Source of the DNA: Torpedo marmorata
Lineage: Eukaryota
Direction of reading: 5' to 3'
Length of the DNA: 64,000 nucleotides
Assembly: GCA_977017645.1 (NCBI GenBank)
Contig: OZ360237.1
Span: 30,380,001-30,444,000, forward strand
Position 1 is the first letter of the stretch. Every line of letters starts with the position of its first letter. The notes under the pieces are model-generated. The model searched no databases and was not told the origin of the DNA. It saw nothing but the letters and a program-made list of their open reading frames with translations. Shown piece after piece: positions 12,583 through 24,220 of this stretch. The translations under genes and the position numbers were made by a program.

Positions 12583-15500
12583 ATGAGTAACGTATTGAGA
12601 TTCCTGAATTTTAACATTAATGGGATAAATGGACCAATTAAAAGGAAAAGAGTTTTAGCGTATATTAAAAAACTGGGTGTGGATGTAGCTTTTTTGCAAG
12701 AGACGCATTTAACAGAGAAGGAACATTTGAAATTAAAAAGAGACTGGGTGGGATATGTAAGGGCATCTTCATTTAACAGCAAGGCAAGGGGTGTGGCAAT
12801 TTTAATAAAAAAGAATCTTCCAATTAAGATACAAAGTGTTGCATCGGACCCCGCAGGAAGATATGTAATGATTAATTGCCAGATATTCTCTGAATTTTGG
12901 ACATTTTTAAATATATATGCTCCTAATATAGACGATGATAAATTTATTCAAGAGACCTTTCTCAATATAGCGGAAGCGCATGAAAATATCATAATTGGGG
13001 GAGACTTCAACTTTTGTTTAGATCCGGGGCTGGACAAATCTACAAGAGGAGGAAGGAGAACTAAAGCAGCAAAAGCCACGTTGGTGTTAATGAAGGATCT
13101 AAATTTGATTGACGCGTGGAGGAGAATCCACCCTAGAGATAAAGATTTCTCATTTTATTCTACTAGACATGATACTTATTCTAGAATCGATTTATTTTTA
13201 GCCTCAGCTCAAATACAAGATAGAATTTTGGAAATAGATTATAAGGCTAGAATCCTGTCTGATCATTCTCCTTTACTGATGACAGTGACGGTACCTGATA
13301 AAGAGAAATCGATATATAGATGGAGACTAAACCCTATGTTATTAAAAAGAACAGACTTCTGTGATTTTATAAAGAGACAAATTCAGATATTTTGTGAAAC
13401 AAATCTAAATTCAGTGACTGATAAATTTGTAATATGGGAAACTTTAAAAGTATTTTTAAGAGGTCAAATTATAAGCTACTCTTCAAAGATTAAAAAAGAC
13501 TATATGAAAGAAATAGATAAATTAGAAAAAGAGATAACGATTTTAGAAAAAGACTTGCAAAAGAGGAGTTCTACAGATAAAAGTAGGCAATTAACTAATA
13601 AAAAGTTACAGTATAATATGTTACAGACTTATAGAACGGAAAAAACCATTATAAGAACTAAACAAAGATACTATGAGCTAGGCGAACGTGCACATAAAGT
13701 ATTAGCATGGCAATTAAAAACGGAGCAGGCATCTAGAACAATCAATGCAATTAAAACAGAATCCGATGTCATTAGTTACAAACCCCAAACAATAAATGAT
13801 TCTTTTAGGAAGTTCTATTCTTATCTATACAAATCAGAATCATTACAAGATGATAGAAAAATTGATAATTATTTATCTCAAATAAATTTGCCAACATTAA
13901 ATGTACAAGAGCGTCTAAATTTAAGCACACAGATTACACAAAGGGAAGTAAAGGATGCAATTAGCGCACTACAAAGTAACAAAGCACCGGGAGAAGATGG
14001 TTTCCCACCAGAGTTTTATAAAGAATTCAAAGAATTATTGACTCCCATTTTTATGGATATGTTACAACAAGCGTCAGTGACCCATACACTCCCAGAGTCC
14101 TTCTCAACTGCAATAATTACAGTAATACCAAAAAAAGATAGAGATCCATTGAAACCCTCATCCTATAGACCAATTTCACGACTGAACACAGATTATAAAA
14201 TTGTAGCAAAGATCCTGGCAAATAGGATAACAAATTTTCTGCCAAAGTTAGTAAATATGGACCAAACAGGCTTCATAAAAAAAAGACAAGCAGCAGATAA
14301 CGTAGCAAGATTACTCAGTATTATGTATTTAGCTCAAAAAAGGAAAGTACAAAGTGTAGCAGTGGCACTGGATGCAGAAAAAGCTTTCGATAGGTTAGAG
14401 TGGGACTTTTTATTTAAAGTTTTGGAAAAATTCGGGTTTGGGAAGACGTACATAGACTGGATTAAAGCGTTATATAATGCCCCAAAAGCCAAAGTAGTGA
14501 CAAATGGACAATTATCAACCCCCTTTTACTTAACAAGATCTAGTCGACAAGGGTGCCCATTGTCACCAGCTTTATTTGTACTAGCGATAGAACCGTTGGC
14601 AGAAGCGATTAGAAGTGATGTGGAAATCAAAGGATTTACAGTTGGTCAAGAGCGACATAAAATAAGTCTATTCGCGGATGACGTATTAATATACTTGACC
14701 GAACCTGAGACCTCTTTGCAAAAACTACATCTTAAGTTGGAGGAATATGGAAAAGTTTCTGGATATAAGATAAATTGGGATAAAAGTGAAGTTATGCCTC
14801 TTACGGAAGGAGATTACGCTGTATGCAAGAGAAGTACCCAGTTTAAATGGCCACATAATGGAATAAAATACCTAGGGGTCCGGACAGATAATAAATTAAA
14901 GAATTTATACAAGTGGAATTATGTACCATTGCTTAATAAGATTAAGGAGGATCTAGAGAAATGGATTAATCTGCCAATCACATTGATAGGAAGAGTTAAT
15001 TGTATTAAGATGAATATATTTCCAAGGATACAGTACTTGTATCAGACTATACCTATTACACTACCACAGGTATTTTTTCAAGACTTAAATAAACAGGTGC
15101 GAAAGTTTTTATGGAAAGGAAAAATGCCAAGAGTTTCGATGGAACGTTTAACATGGAAATATGAACTGGGAGGTTTACAGCTCCCTAATTTTAAGAACTA
15201 CTATAGAGCGACACAGATGCGTTTTATTGCTTCTTTTTTTGAATCTGAAGAAAGACCTGCGTGGGTTGGAATAGAGCTTGGAGAAATAGGAGAGAAGAAG
15301 TCACAAGAATTTATATATAAATGGAACTCAAAACTGTTGACAGGTGTTAAAGAAACACCGCTATTAAAACATTTGATTAATGCTTGGAATAAGGTTAATG
15401 ACGATATAGGATTAAAAGGAAATGAATCACCTAAAATGCCATTGATACAGAACAATCTGATACCATTTACAAAAGATAACCCTTTTTTAAATATATGGTC

Positions 15501-16362
15501 ATTAAAAGGAATAAAGAAAATAGAAGATTGCTACGAAGGAAATCAAATGATGTCATTCATACAATTACAGAATAAATACGGAATACCTAGAAATACATTT
15601 TTTTGCTATCTTCAACTAACAGCTTACTTAAGAGGAAAATTAGGTCCAGACATGTTGTTACAAGAATGCAGCGAGGTAGAAACTATTATTAGGAAAGGAA
15701 ACATTAAGAAATTTACTTCCATAGTATATTCTTTGTTACAGAAGGGAGCTCAAAAACGAGGACTTCATAAGTCCAGACAAAGATGGGAACAAGATCTTAA
15801 TATTATAATTGATGAAAAAAGATGGTCAGATCTATGCCTAGATAGTATGACTAATACTGTTAATGTAAGATATAGACTGGTACAATATAACTTCTTACAC
15901 CAAATATACTTCACACCACAAAAACTGAGCAAGATGAATTCTGCAATACCAAATAGATGTTTTAGATGTGGAGAAGAAGAAGGAACATTCTTACACTCAA
16001 CGTGGTCATGTTCAAAAGTTAAAGATTTTTGGGCAGAGTTAGGAAACCGGTTGAAACTAGTTACAGGTGTTGCATTTCCTCAAAACCCTGACTTGTTCTT
16101 ATTGGGGAATATAGAGGGAACTAGACCAAAATTGAAATTATCCATATGGCAATAAAAATTCGTGAAAATTGCACTAGCAGTAGCTAGGAAATGTATAGCA
16201 GTAACCTGGAAATCGGACACAAATCTGAGTATGAGTAGATGGAATTCAGAGATGCAGAGTTGCATACCATTGGAAAAAATAACATACAATATGAGGAATA
16301 AGTATGGACTCTTTTTACAAATTTGGCGTCCATTTATCCAATTATCAGGAATGAATATTTAA
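12583..16362 (+). CDS. L1 ORF2p (APE endonuclease, RT, C-terminal Cys-rich domain) with one premature stop at 16153-16155
   Basis: NINGIN, LQETH, GGDFN, SDH, LDAEKAFDR, QGCPLSP, LFADD, CFRC..H..C motifs. The frame continues past the TAA to 16362. Confidence 0.92.
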
Positions 16363-18709
16363 ATATGTTGCCCTGCATCCCGGTCCCCGCTGACTCTCCT
16401 AAGTTTAAATTTGCTGAATCTCTTACATCGAGCCATAGATGTGTATAGATATATTTTCAATTGTGCTTTTCCCTTCTCTTTTCTTTTTTAGTTCTAGTAT
16501 GGGGAAGGGGTAAGGGACGGGAAGGGTGGAGGGTGGGTTGTTTTAGTAAGGGTGGGTTTAGATGGGGTTAGATTCATGGTAATACGAAACTCCTATGTAT
16601 TGAACTTAACTGATGTTTAATGTATATCTTACATTATTTTGTATTATTGTGAAAAAATTGAAAATCTTAAAATAAAATATTAAAAAAAAAAAAAAAAAAA
16701 AAAAATTAAAAGCCAGGCTTTTCGGGAGTGAAGATGGAAAACACCAATACATGGAGAGAATGGTAGAAACTGGAACTCTCATGAATGGTAAATGGTATTG
16801 GGTTAAGTGTTAATTTAAATCTTAAACTAAGATTTTTGTGAGCAAGAGCATTAAAGAACAGTAGGCAAAAATATAGAGTTAGTTCATCAATCAGCCATGA
16901 TTATAACAAATGAAGTAAAATTGTAGACTAACTGGCTTACTTCAGGCCTATGTTCTCACCACCTCCAAAATATAATTTCTCACCCCCCCGCCTTGTTTTC
17001 TCTCCTTTCCTCCGCGCCCCCCCCCCCCCCCCACAACACGCAGAGGCGCGCACGCACATCTGTGACTTCTTGGAAACTTGTTTGTGGTGCAGTCTTTGAA
17101 ATTTAAATGAAGAAGCAAATCTAGAATAGATAGCAAACATATACCAGAATGGCCCAATAGTTCTAAAGTAATCCAAACAACTTCCTTCTTTCCTCTGGTT
17201 TCGTATATTGAAGAGCCAATCTTATTGCATGGATTAAATTCAATATACCAATATTATTACCATCAATTGCACAGATGACATCATTAGTTTCTTGAGTCTT
17301 TTGTGTCAAAATACAGTCAAATGATGCCAAAGAAAAGTCATATAGAATGCTTCATGTAGGAGTGGCAGGGAGGGGTTTGGTGGTTGTGGAAAGATAGTGA
17401 GCAGAAGACAAAAAACAGTAAGTGAAGGATCTGAAAGACAAAGAAACGATGAAACCCTTGTTTTCACAATGAATCAAACTTAATTGGGGCATAACAGTTT
17501 AATTAGTACAATGTCCAGAAAGAGTACGGGCAGCCAGCAATATTCCACCTAGAGGATGCTGAATGGAACACTGAGAGCATTGCAATTAAATGCAAAAATG
17601 TTTTAAAATTATGATGAATATTCAGAAAAGTATTTACAGCTTAATAGAAATGTAATGTAAACCCAGAAATCAATATTTAATTTGCTGTTTTCTGTTTGAA
17701 ATTTCAAACTTTTCTGTAATCTCATTATTAAAATATGCATTGAGGTGGTATCTGTTTATATATTTTGAATAATTCTGAAAAACAAATGTGATTTTCTGGA
17801 GAGAAAAGATTTTGGCAACAAGAATCACACAGACAAAACTTTCCAGGACAATCATTGAATTGACCCAGTTGTCCTGACAACTGAACATACACAACCAAGT
17901 AATCTAAATCTCTGTGATTGTTTAATTAAATTGCATATTAGGTGGTTAAGATGTGATGGGACTATTTTTATCACCAAAAAAAACAAGAATGCCTTGATCA
18001 ATCAGATTTTTTTAAATATTGTAGATTTGCAAGTAGTCTGAGAGGTTAATATGAAAGATTGGGAGGTTCAGGATGTCAGCAGAAAATCCTTGTCTTTCTT
18101 GAGTATCAAGGTAATGTGAGGGTCAGGAAATCTGACCAGCCAGTGTTTAAAAGTGGATGCAGCTTAATTAGAAGAACTTTTGAATGCACCCAATGTCCAA
18201 AAGGAAACTCTGTTTTGAGATGATTTGGGTTAATGTTTGGAATTTCAAATATTTTGAACTCCTTGACTTCCCATTCCAACAGTTAAGATTATCACTGATA
18301 TTTCAGAATACAGAAGACTGAGGGAATGCTTGATTTTTGACTATATTCATTGTCATTTTAATATAGTGGCATTTTTCTGCCTCTCATTGAATTTTCAGAT
18401 TGATTTGATTTGTGTATTTTCTCCATACTTGCTGCATTTTATTTCCTGTGTCTCTTTTTTTAATGATTCCTCGAAAAGTGCTTTTGTTGGCCATTGAAAT
18501 GAAATTTAGCAGAAATGTCTTCAGCAGAAGAGAGCTGAAACAATGTAGAATAACATTAATTTATCGAAGAAAGCAGAGTGAAATTTAAGATAAGGAAATC
18601 CTGGTGGTATTTGTAGCGTGTATATACTGTACCTATAGGTGGCAGGTCTAAATTTCTCAAGAGCCATTCTATGTGTAATGTATGTCCAAATCAAGAAACG
18701 TGTTACATT

Positions 18710-19092
18710 AGCCCCTTTCACACTGGAACCTTGTCCTAGTAATTGATGGCCGATTTACCATTTAACGGTCCAGTGTGAAAGCGAATTAATCGGCACGCCG
18801 GCGTCAAATCACGCCGGGGATGGACGGCCTCGACCCCTACTCTCATCCCTGGCGTTAACTGATGCCTGCATGCCGATTAGCCCAGTGTGAAAGGGACACT
18901 TACTATCCAGGGACCAAATAGTGATGCATTGATGACGTTTCCGGTAGACTCTCCTATCCCCGGGGATGCCTTGTGGTGAATGTGAAAGGATGCAGTGTCC
19001 CGTTTAACAGTGGCCCAGTGTGAACAGCAAAATCGGCTTCTTTAACCGGGATACTGAACGGCTAATTTACTGGTAAGCCAATGTGAAAGGCT
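18710..19092. mobile_element. PIF/Harbinger-like MITE
   Basis: TIRs AGCCCCTTTCACACTGG / CCAATGTGAAAGGCT, internal repeats of CCAGTGTGAAAG. Confidence 0.65.
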
Positions 19093-19737
19093 ATTGATGA
19101 GCTGGTGTTCCTAAGCACTAATTACATCTTCACCTGGTGGGTGATGGAGATAACAGGATTGGAAACTGCTGCTGAATCATGTGTGATAGACATGTGCTTT
19201 TTATCACTGAGTTGAACAGCATAGAAACTGGCCAGTCAGCCCCCTGTGATAGTCCCAATGGATCCTATGATATTTTTGTTTGGAGATATTGAAGGAACCA
19301 GTGTTAAAGTGAAATTAAATATGTATCAGACAGAATTTTTGCGTATTGCTTTAGCTGTTTCTAAGAAATGTATTGCCATTACATGGAAGTCGGATGTAGA
19401 TTTAGGGTTGGAAAGATGGCACGCAGAATTGCATTCATGTATACCACTCGAAAAAATTACATAATTTACGTGATAAGTATCATTTCTTTTTGAAAGTATG
19501 GAGCCCATATATAAAAACTGTTGGTTTAAGGATTTGAAGATCTCTGGACATCGGATCTGACTGGCGAACCTATCCTCCACAATAAAATCAGTTTATAGTT
19601 GTTCTTTTTAGATTGACATTCTCCTTACTCTATCTTTTTCTTCTTCTTTCTTTCTTTTCGGGAGGGGAGGGAGGGAGAGGGGGTGAAAATGTATCACATG
19701 TAATTTGAGAAATTTGCATTTTAAACTGTGTATTATG

Positions 19738-20598
19738 TGTTATGGACCATGACTGACCATTTGGACTGTGGACGGTCAGCAGGAAGGATGAATTCTTTTG
19801 GAGTATACACTGGGGCCAGGTACTGAAAAAGTTAACTTCCCCAGGACTTGGTGTACCCAGAGAGAGAGAGAGAGAGAGACAGACAGACTGTGGAATAGAT
19901 ACATTGTTGCACTTTTGCAAAAAGCAGGGGCAGATCTCTGCAAAGCAGACAGTTGTGAGTTGCAAGGCTACAGAACAGCCAGATCCAGTTTTGTGTGCAA
20001 AAGTCAGAGAAAGACTGACAAAATAGCACATGGCCTCCTGTCTCAGAGAAAAATTCTGAGAAAAGCAACTTCTGTGGAGAACAGGCGTGAGATCAGCGAG
20101 ACTAGCTGTGAGATTCAAGCATACGCCTAAATCAGAGATATACTGATCTGGAACTTGCAATCCTTATGAACCTACAAGAAGGGGACGTCATCAGAGAAGA
20201 AAACAAGTATTTGTAAGCATAATCAGTCATTTGTCTCTCTCCAACGTTCATTCAGAAGTACTTCTACCAGACCCAGAGGAAAAGTTGAAGCCTGAACTTA
20301 GAGAGTAAATTTGTAGACTGTTTATCTTTTTTTTGACTGACTTGTTTTTATGACTGACCTGGGGTTTTTTGGGGAAAGTTTTTCCATTTTTTTACATAAG
20401 GGTTGGGCACAGACTGTAATGGTCTGGGCTTTACACACACACACATACACCTTTTAGATAAGAATAGAGTTTATAGACGTTTATAGTGGGGTTAATTGTT
20501 GTGAAATTATATGTTTACTTGTGTTTAATAAATAATAATTTCAATTTTTACCCCTTTTGCATTGCGTCTTCTGTCGTTGCTGGTTTGATTCTGTAACA
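19738..20598 (+). repeat. 5' LTR (861 bp)
   Basis: TG...CA ends. Looks identical to the 3' LTR by eye, apart from (GA)n length. Confidence 0.95.
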
Positions 20599-20601
20599 AA
20601 T

Positions 20602-20620
20602 TGGGGGCTCGTTGCGGGAT
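20602..20620 (+). promoter_or_regulatory. Primer-binding site, tRNA-Pro-like
   Basis: TGGGGGCTCGTTGCGGGAT(TTGAA), 3 nt after the LTR, versus the tRNA-Pro complement TGGGGGCTCGTCCGGGAT(TTGAA). Confidence 0.8.
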
Positions 20621-20734
20621 TTGAATCAAAATCCATCTTGGTCATTGAAGGAATCCCAGTTTGGTTTAAGGCATTCCTTTTGGTAAAGCTAATTAAAAGC
20701 TAGTGTGTGTGTAACAAAAAAAAAACCAGCAACA

Positions 20735-23700
20735 ATGGATGTAGAACATTTTTTGGAATCACCTGAACCTGATACTTTAAAAAAGGCGAAAAAGGAACAG
20801 TTAGTGGCTATAGCAACAGAGTTGGGCATTGCTTCTGTAAAACCATCTATGAAAAAGGCAGAGATTGGGAGAAAAATTGTCAAGTACTATATAAAAGAAA
20901 AAAAGTTTGAGGAGAGCATGTTAGAGCAGTTTCCCAAGGGTAAACCTTCTGAAAACATACAATTGGAAATAAAGAAATTGGAATTGGAACAAAAGAACAG
21001 GGAATTGGAGGCAGAGAGGGAACAAAAGAACAGGGAATTGGAGGCAGAGAGGGAACAAAAGAACAGGGAATTGGAACAAAAGAAATTTGAGGCAGACAGG
21101 GAACAAAAGAAATTAGAATTAGAATTGGAATTGGAACGAAAGAGATTAGACTTAGAGAACGATGAGAGAAATAGGAAATATGAGTTGGAAAAGATGAGGT
21201 TGGAAAATGAGAGGAGACAAGAAGAGCGCCAAGATCAAATTCGTCATCCTGCTGAGGGGTTTTTGGCTAGTAGAGAAGTTAGGTTGGTTCCTCCATTTGA
21301 GGAGGCAGAAATAGATAAGTACTTCCAACATTTTGAGAAAGTGGCTGTAAAATTAAAATGGCCACAAGACCAATGGTCTCTTATGTTACAAAGTGTAATA
21401 AAAGGAAAAGCTCAGCAAGCTTATTCTACTCTTACCACAGAACAGGCTGCTGATTATGAAACGGTGAAGAAGGCTATACTCCAGGCTTATGAGTTAGTTC
21501 CAGAGGCTTATAGACAGAAGTTTAGAAATTTAAAAAGATCAGCAACCCAATCTTATACAGAGTTTGCCTATGAAAAAGTTGTGTGTTTTGACAGATGGTG
21601 CACATCTAAGGAAGTAAACAATGATTACAATCAATTGAGAGAATTGATAATAATCGAGGAGATAAAAAGGTGTGTTCCTGAGGATATTAAGGCCTACTTA
21701 GATGAAAAGGAGGTGAAAACTTGGCAAAATTCAGCTAAGTTAGCAGATGAATATGCTTTAACCCACAAGCCTAAGTGGACGTCAGGTAGAATTTTCCAAA
21801 AGGTCACGGTGGATAATCAGAAGCAAGTGGAAAGTAAATTTGGAAGTGGTGGTAAGGAAAGGGATGAAGGAAAGTGGAAAAGGGAAAACAATTCCGGTCC
21901 CATTTGCCACTACTGTAGAAAGGCTGGTCATATGCTAGCAAGCTGTCCAGTGTTGAAAAAGAAGAGAGAAAAGGATGCAACACCTAATGCTTGTATTCAG
22001 AGTGAGAAGATGCATAACACCCAGGAAGGAGATAAATGTACTGACCAAGTTAAAGATGTATTTAAACCTTTTGTGACTGATGGTTTTGTTTCAGTTAAGG
22101 CAGGATCAAAACAGGTTCCAGTGAAAATCTTGAGAGATACTGGAGCTGCTCAGTCACTTGTGTTAGATAGTGTCTTGGAATTTTGTGAAGCTACTGACAC
22201 CGGTGACATAAATTTAATAAAAGGAATTGGTGGTGAAGTTGAGTCCATTCCTTTGCACAAAATAGTATTGGACTCAGACTTGGTGGAAGGACCAGTTATA
22301 ATAGGAGTGAGATCAGAGTTGCCCGTAGAAGGAGTCTCACTGTTGTTAGGCAATGACTTGGCCAAGGGTAAAGTAGTTCCTGCAGTGCGAATGACCACTA
22401 AGCCAGTCATTGATAAGTCAGAGAAAGACTCTGATATTTATCCGGCATGTGCCATAACCAGGGCCATGTCTAAGAAAAATGTCACTGTAGAGAAGGCAGT
22501 GGAAAATAACTTGGTAACAGAAAAAGAAACTGATAATCAAGAAAACCTGGAAAAGGTTGAGCAATCTCCTATGTTACACCCATCCACTGATAAGACACCT
22601 AAAGGCACAGATTTGTCACTATCCCGACAGGAGTTAATAGCAAGGCAAAAGGACGATCAGGATCTTGCTGAGGTGAGGGATAAGGTTCTCTCTGAAGAGG
22701 AGATTAAAAAGGTGCCAGTAGGGTATTATGAAAAAGATGGGGTGTTGATGAGAAAGTGGAGACCACGTGATGTTCCTGCAAATGAAGAATGGGCAGTAGT
22801 GCAGCAGGTTGTGATCCCTAAAGTATATAGGGATGAAATAATAACTTTGGCTCATAGTACACCCTTAGGTGGTCATCTTGGGGTGAAGAAAACTATAAGT
22901 AAGATAATGAAACAGTTTTATTGGCCCAGTTTGAGAAGGGAGGTTGTAAGCTTTTGCCGGGCCTGTCACACTTGTCAGGTGGTGGGTAAACCTAATCAGG
23001 GTCCCCCGGTGGCACCCTTGCAACCTATCCCTGCGTTTAGTGAGCCTTTCTCGAGAGTAATTGTGGACTGTGTTGGCCCATTGCCCAAAACCAAGGCGGG
23101 GAATGAGTATTTGTTAACAATTATGTGTGCAGCCACCAGATTTCCAGAGGCCATTCCTCTGAGAAACATTAAAGCAAAGTCAATTGTAAAGGCCATGGTA
23201 AAGTTTTTCACCTTGGTAGGTTTGCCAAGGGAAATTCAATCAGATCAGGGCAGTAATTTCATGTCAGGCGTTTTCCAACAAGTGGTTGATGGACTAGGAG
23301 TTAAACAGATTGTATCCTCTGCGTACCATCCAGAAAGTCAAGGGGCCTTGGAGAGGTTCCATTCGACTTTGAAAACCATGATTAGAACCTATTGTTGTGA
23401 GAAGGAAAAGGATTGGGATGAGGGGGTTCATTTGTTGTTATTTGCAGCGAGGGAGTCTGTCCAAGATTCGCTTGGTTTTAGTCCATTCGAGTTAGTTTTC
23501 GGACATGAGGTGAGAGGTCCTTTAAGATTATTAAAAGAACAGTGGATTAATCGTGATGTGCATTTAAATCTGTTAGACTATGTTTCAAAATTTAAGGATC
23601 GATTACATAGGGCTTGTGAGATGGCAAAGGAGAATTTAAAGGCCACTCAACAGAGAATGAAGGTTTGGTATGATCGAAAGGCGAAGATGAGAACTTTTAA

Positions 23701-24220
23701 ACCTGGTGAGAACGTATTAGTTCTGTTTCCCATCCATTCAAATCCTCTTAGGGCTAGATTTTCAGGACCCTATAGAGTTAAGTCAAAAATTAATGATGTC
23801 ACCTATGTCATAGAAACACCTAATCGCAGACGAGACACACAGGTCTGTCATGTGAATATGATTAAGCCATATTTTGAACAGGTGCCACACAAAGGGACTG
23901 AAAATGTACCAGAGGTACTGGTTATTGATCAGGGTAAGGAGGAGACAGATGAAACCAGTTTCAGAGAGGGTCATGGGACACAGAAATTGATAAGCCCGAG
24001 GTTAGAAAATTCCATGATTTTGCGCAATCTGGAGACAAAGTTGGCTCATCTGAAAACTTCAGAAAAGGAAGAGATGAGTCAGTTATTTTTAAAATTTATA
24101 AGTTTATTTCCTGATGTGCCTCAGAAAATTTCCATCGCTTATCATGATGTGGATGTAGGAGATGCAAGACCGATAAAACAGCATCCCTATCGAATCAATG
24201 CGGAAAATGCAAACTGGTAG
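20735..24220 (+). CDS. Gag (SCAN-like capsid CTD, CCHC knuckle) - protease - integrase polyprotein
   Basis: EAYRQKFR...LRELIIIEE, CHYCRKAGHMLASC, LRDTGAAQSLV, H..GGHLG..C..C, IVDCVGP, QSDQG, ESQGALER, GPY motif. ATG at 20735. Confidence 0.93.
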   Translation: MDVEHFLESPEPDTLKKAKKEQLVAIATELGIASVKPSMKKAEIGRKIVKYYIKEKKFEESMLEQFPKGKPSENIQLEIKKLELEQKNRELEAEREQKNRELEAEREQKNRELEQKKFEADREQKKLELELELERKRLDLENDERNRKYELEKMRLENERRQEERQDQIRHPAEGFLASREVRLVPPFEEAEIDKYFQHFEKVAVKLKWPQDQWSLMLQSVIKGKAQQAYSTLTTEQAADYETVKKAILQAYELVPEAYRQKFRNLKRSATQSYTEFAYEKVVCFDRWCTSKEVNNDYNQLRELIIIEEIKRCVPEDIKAYLDEKEVKTWQNSAKLADEYALTHKPKWTSGRIFQKVTVDNQKQVESKFGSGGKERDEGKWKRENNSGPICHYCRKAGHMLASCPVLKKKREKDATPNACIQSEKMHNTQEGDKCTDQVKDVFKPFVTDGFVSVKAGSKQVPVKILRDTGAAQSLVLDSVLEFCEATDTGDINLIKGIGGEVESIPLHKIVLDSDLVEGPVIIGVRSELPVEGVSLLLGNDLAKGKVVPAVRMTTKPVIDKSEKDSDIYPACAITRAMSKKNVTVEKAVENNLVTEKETDNQENLEKVEQSPMLHPSTDKTPKGTDLSLSRQELIARQKDDQDLAEVRDKVLSEEEIKKVPVGYYEKDGVLMRKWRPRDVPANEEWAVVQQVVIPKVYRDEIITLAHSTPLGGHLGVKKTISKIMKQFYWPSLRREVVSFCRACHTCQVVGKPNQGPPVAPLQPIPAFSEPFSRVIVDCVGPLPKTKAGNEYLLTIMCAATRFPEAIPLRNIKAKSIVKAMVKFFTLVGLPREIQSDQGSNFMSGVFQQVVDGLGVKQIVSSAYHPESQGALERFHSTLKTMIRTYCCEKEKDWDEGVHLLLFAARESVQDSLGFSPFELVFGHEVRGPLRLLKEQWINRDVHLNLLDYVSKFKDRLHRACEMAKENLKATQQRMKVWYDRKAKMRTFKPGENVLVLFPIHSNPLRARFSGPYRVKSKINDVTYVIETPNRRRDTQVCHVNMIKPYFEQVPHKGTENVPEVLVIDQGKEETDETSFREGHGTQKLISPRLENSMILRNLETKLAHLKTSEKEEMSQLFLKFISLFPDVPQKISIAYHDVDVGDARPIKQHPYRINAENANW

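Larger units (their letters stand above)
11150..16700 (+). mobile_element. L1/Tx1-clade LINE (family A), near intact, probably slightly 5'-truncated
   Basis: 19-bp TSD AAAAATTAAAAGCCAGGCT at 11131-11149 and 16701-16719, TTTT|AAAA target, poly(A) tail, ORF1 and ORF2 present. Confidence 0.95.

Noticed and set aside
19630-20160. LTR-encoded antisense ORF (176 aa)
   Set aside because: Its frame is broken in the other LTR by the (GA)n length change, and it runs out of the LTR into flanking L1 sequence.
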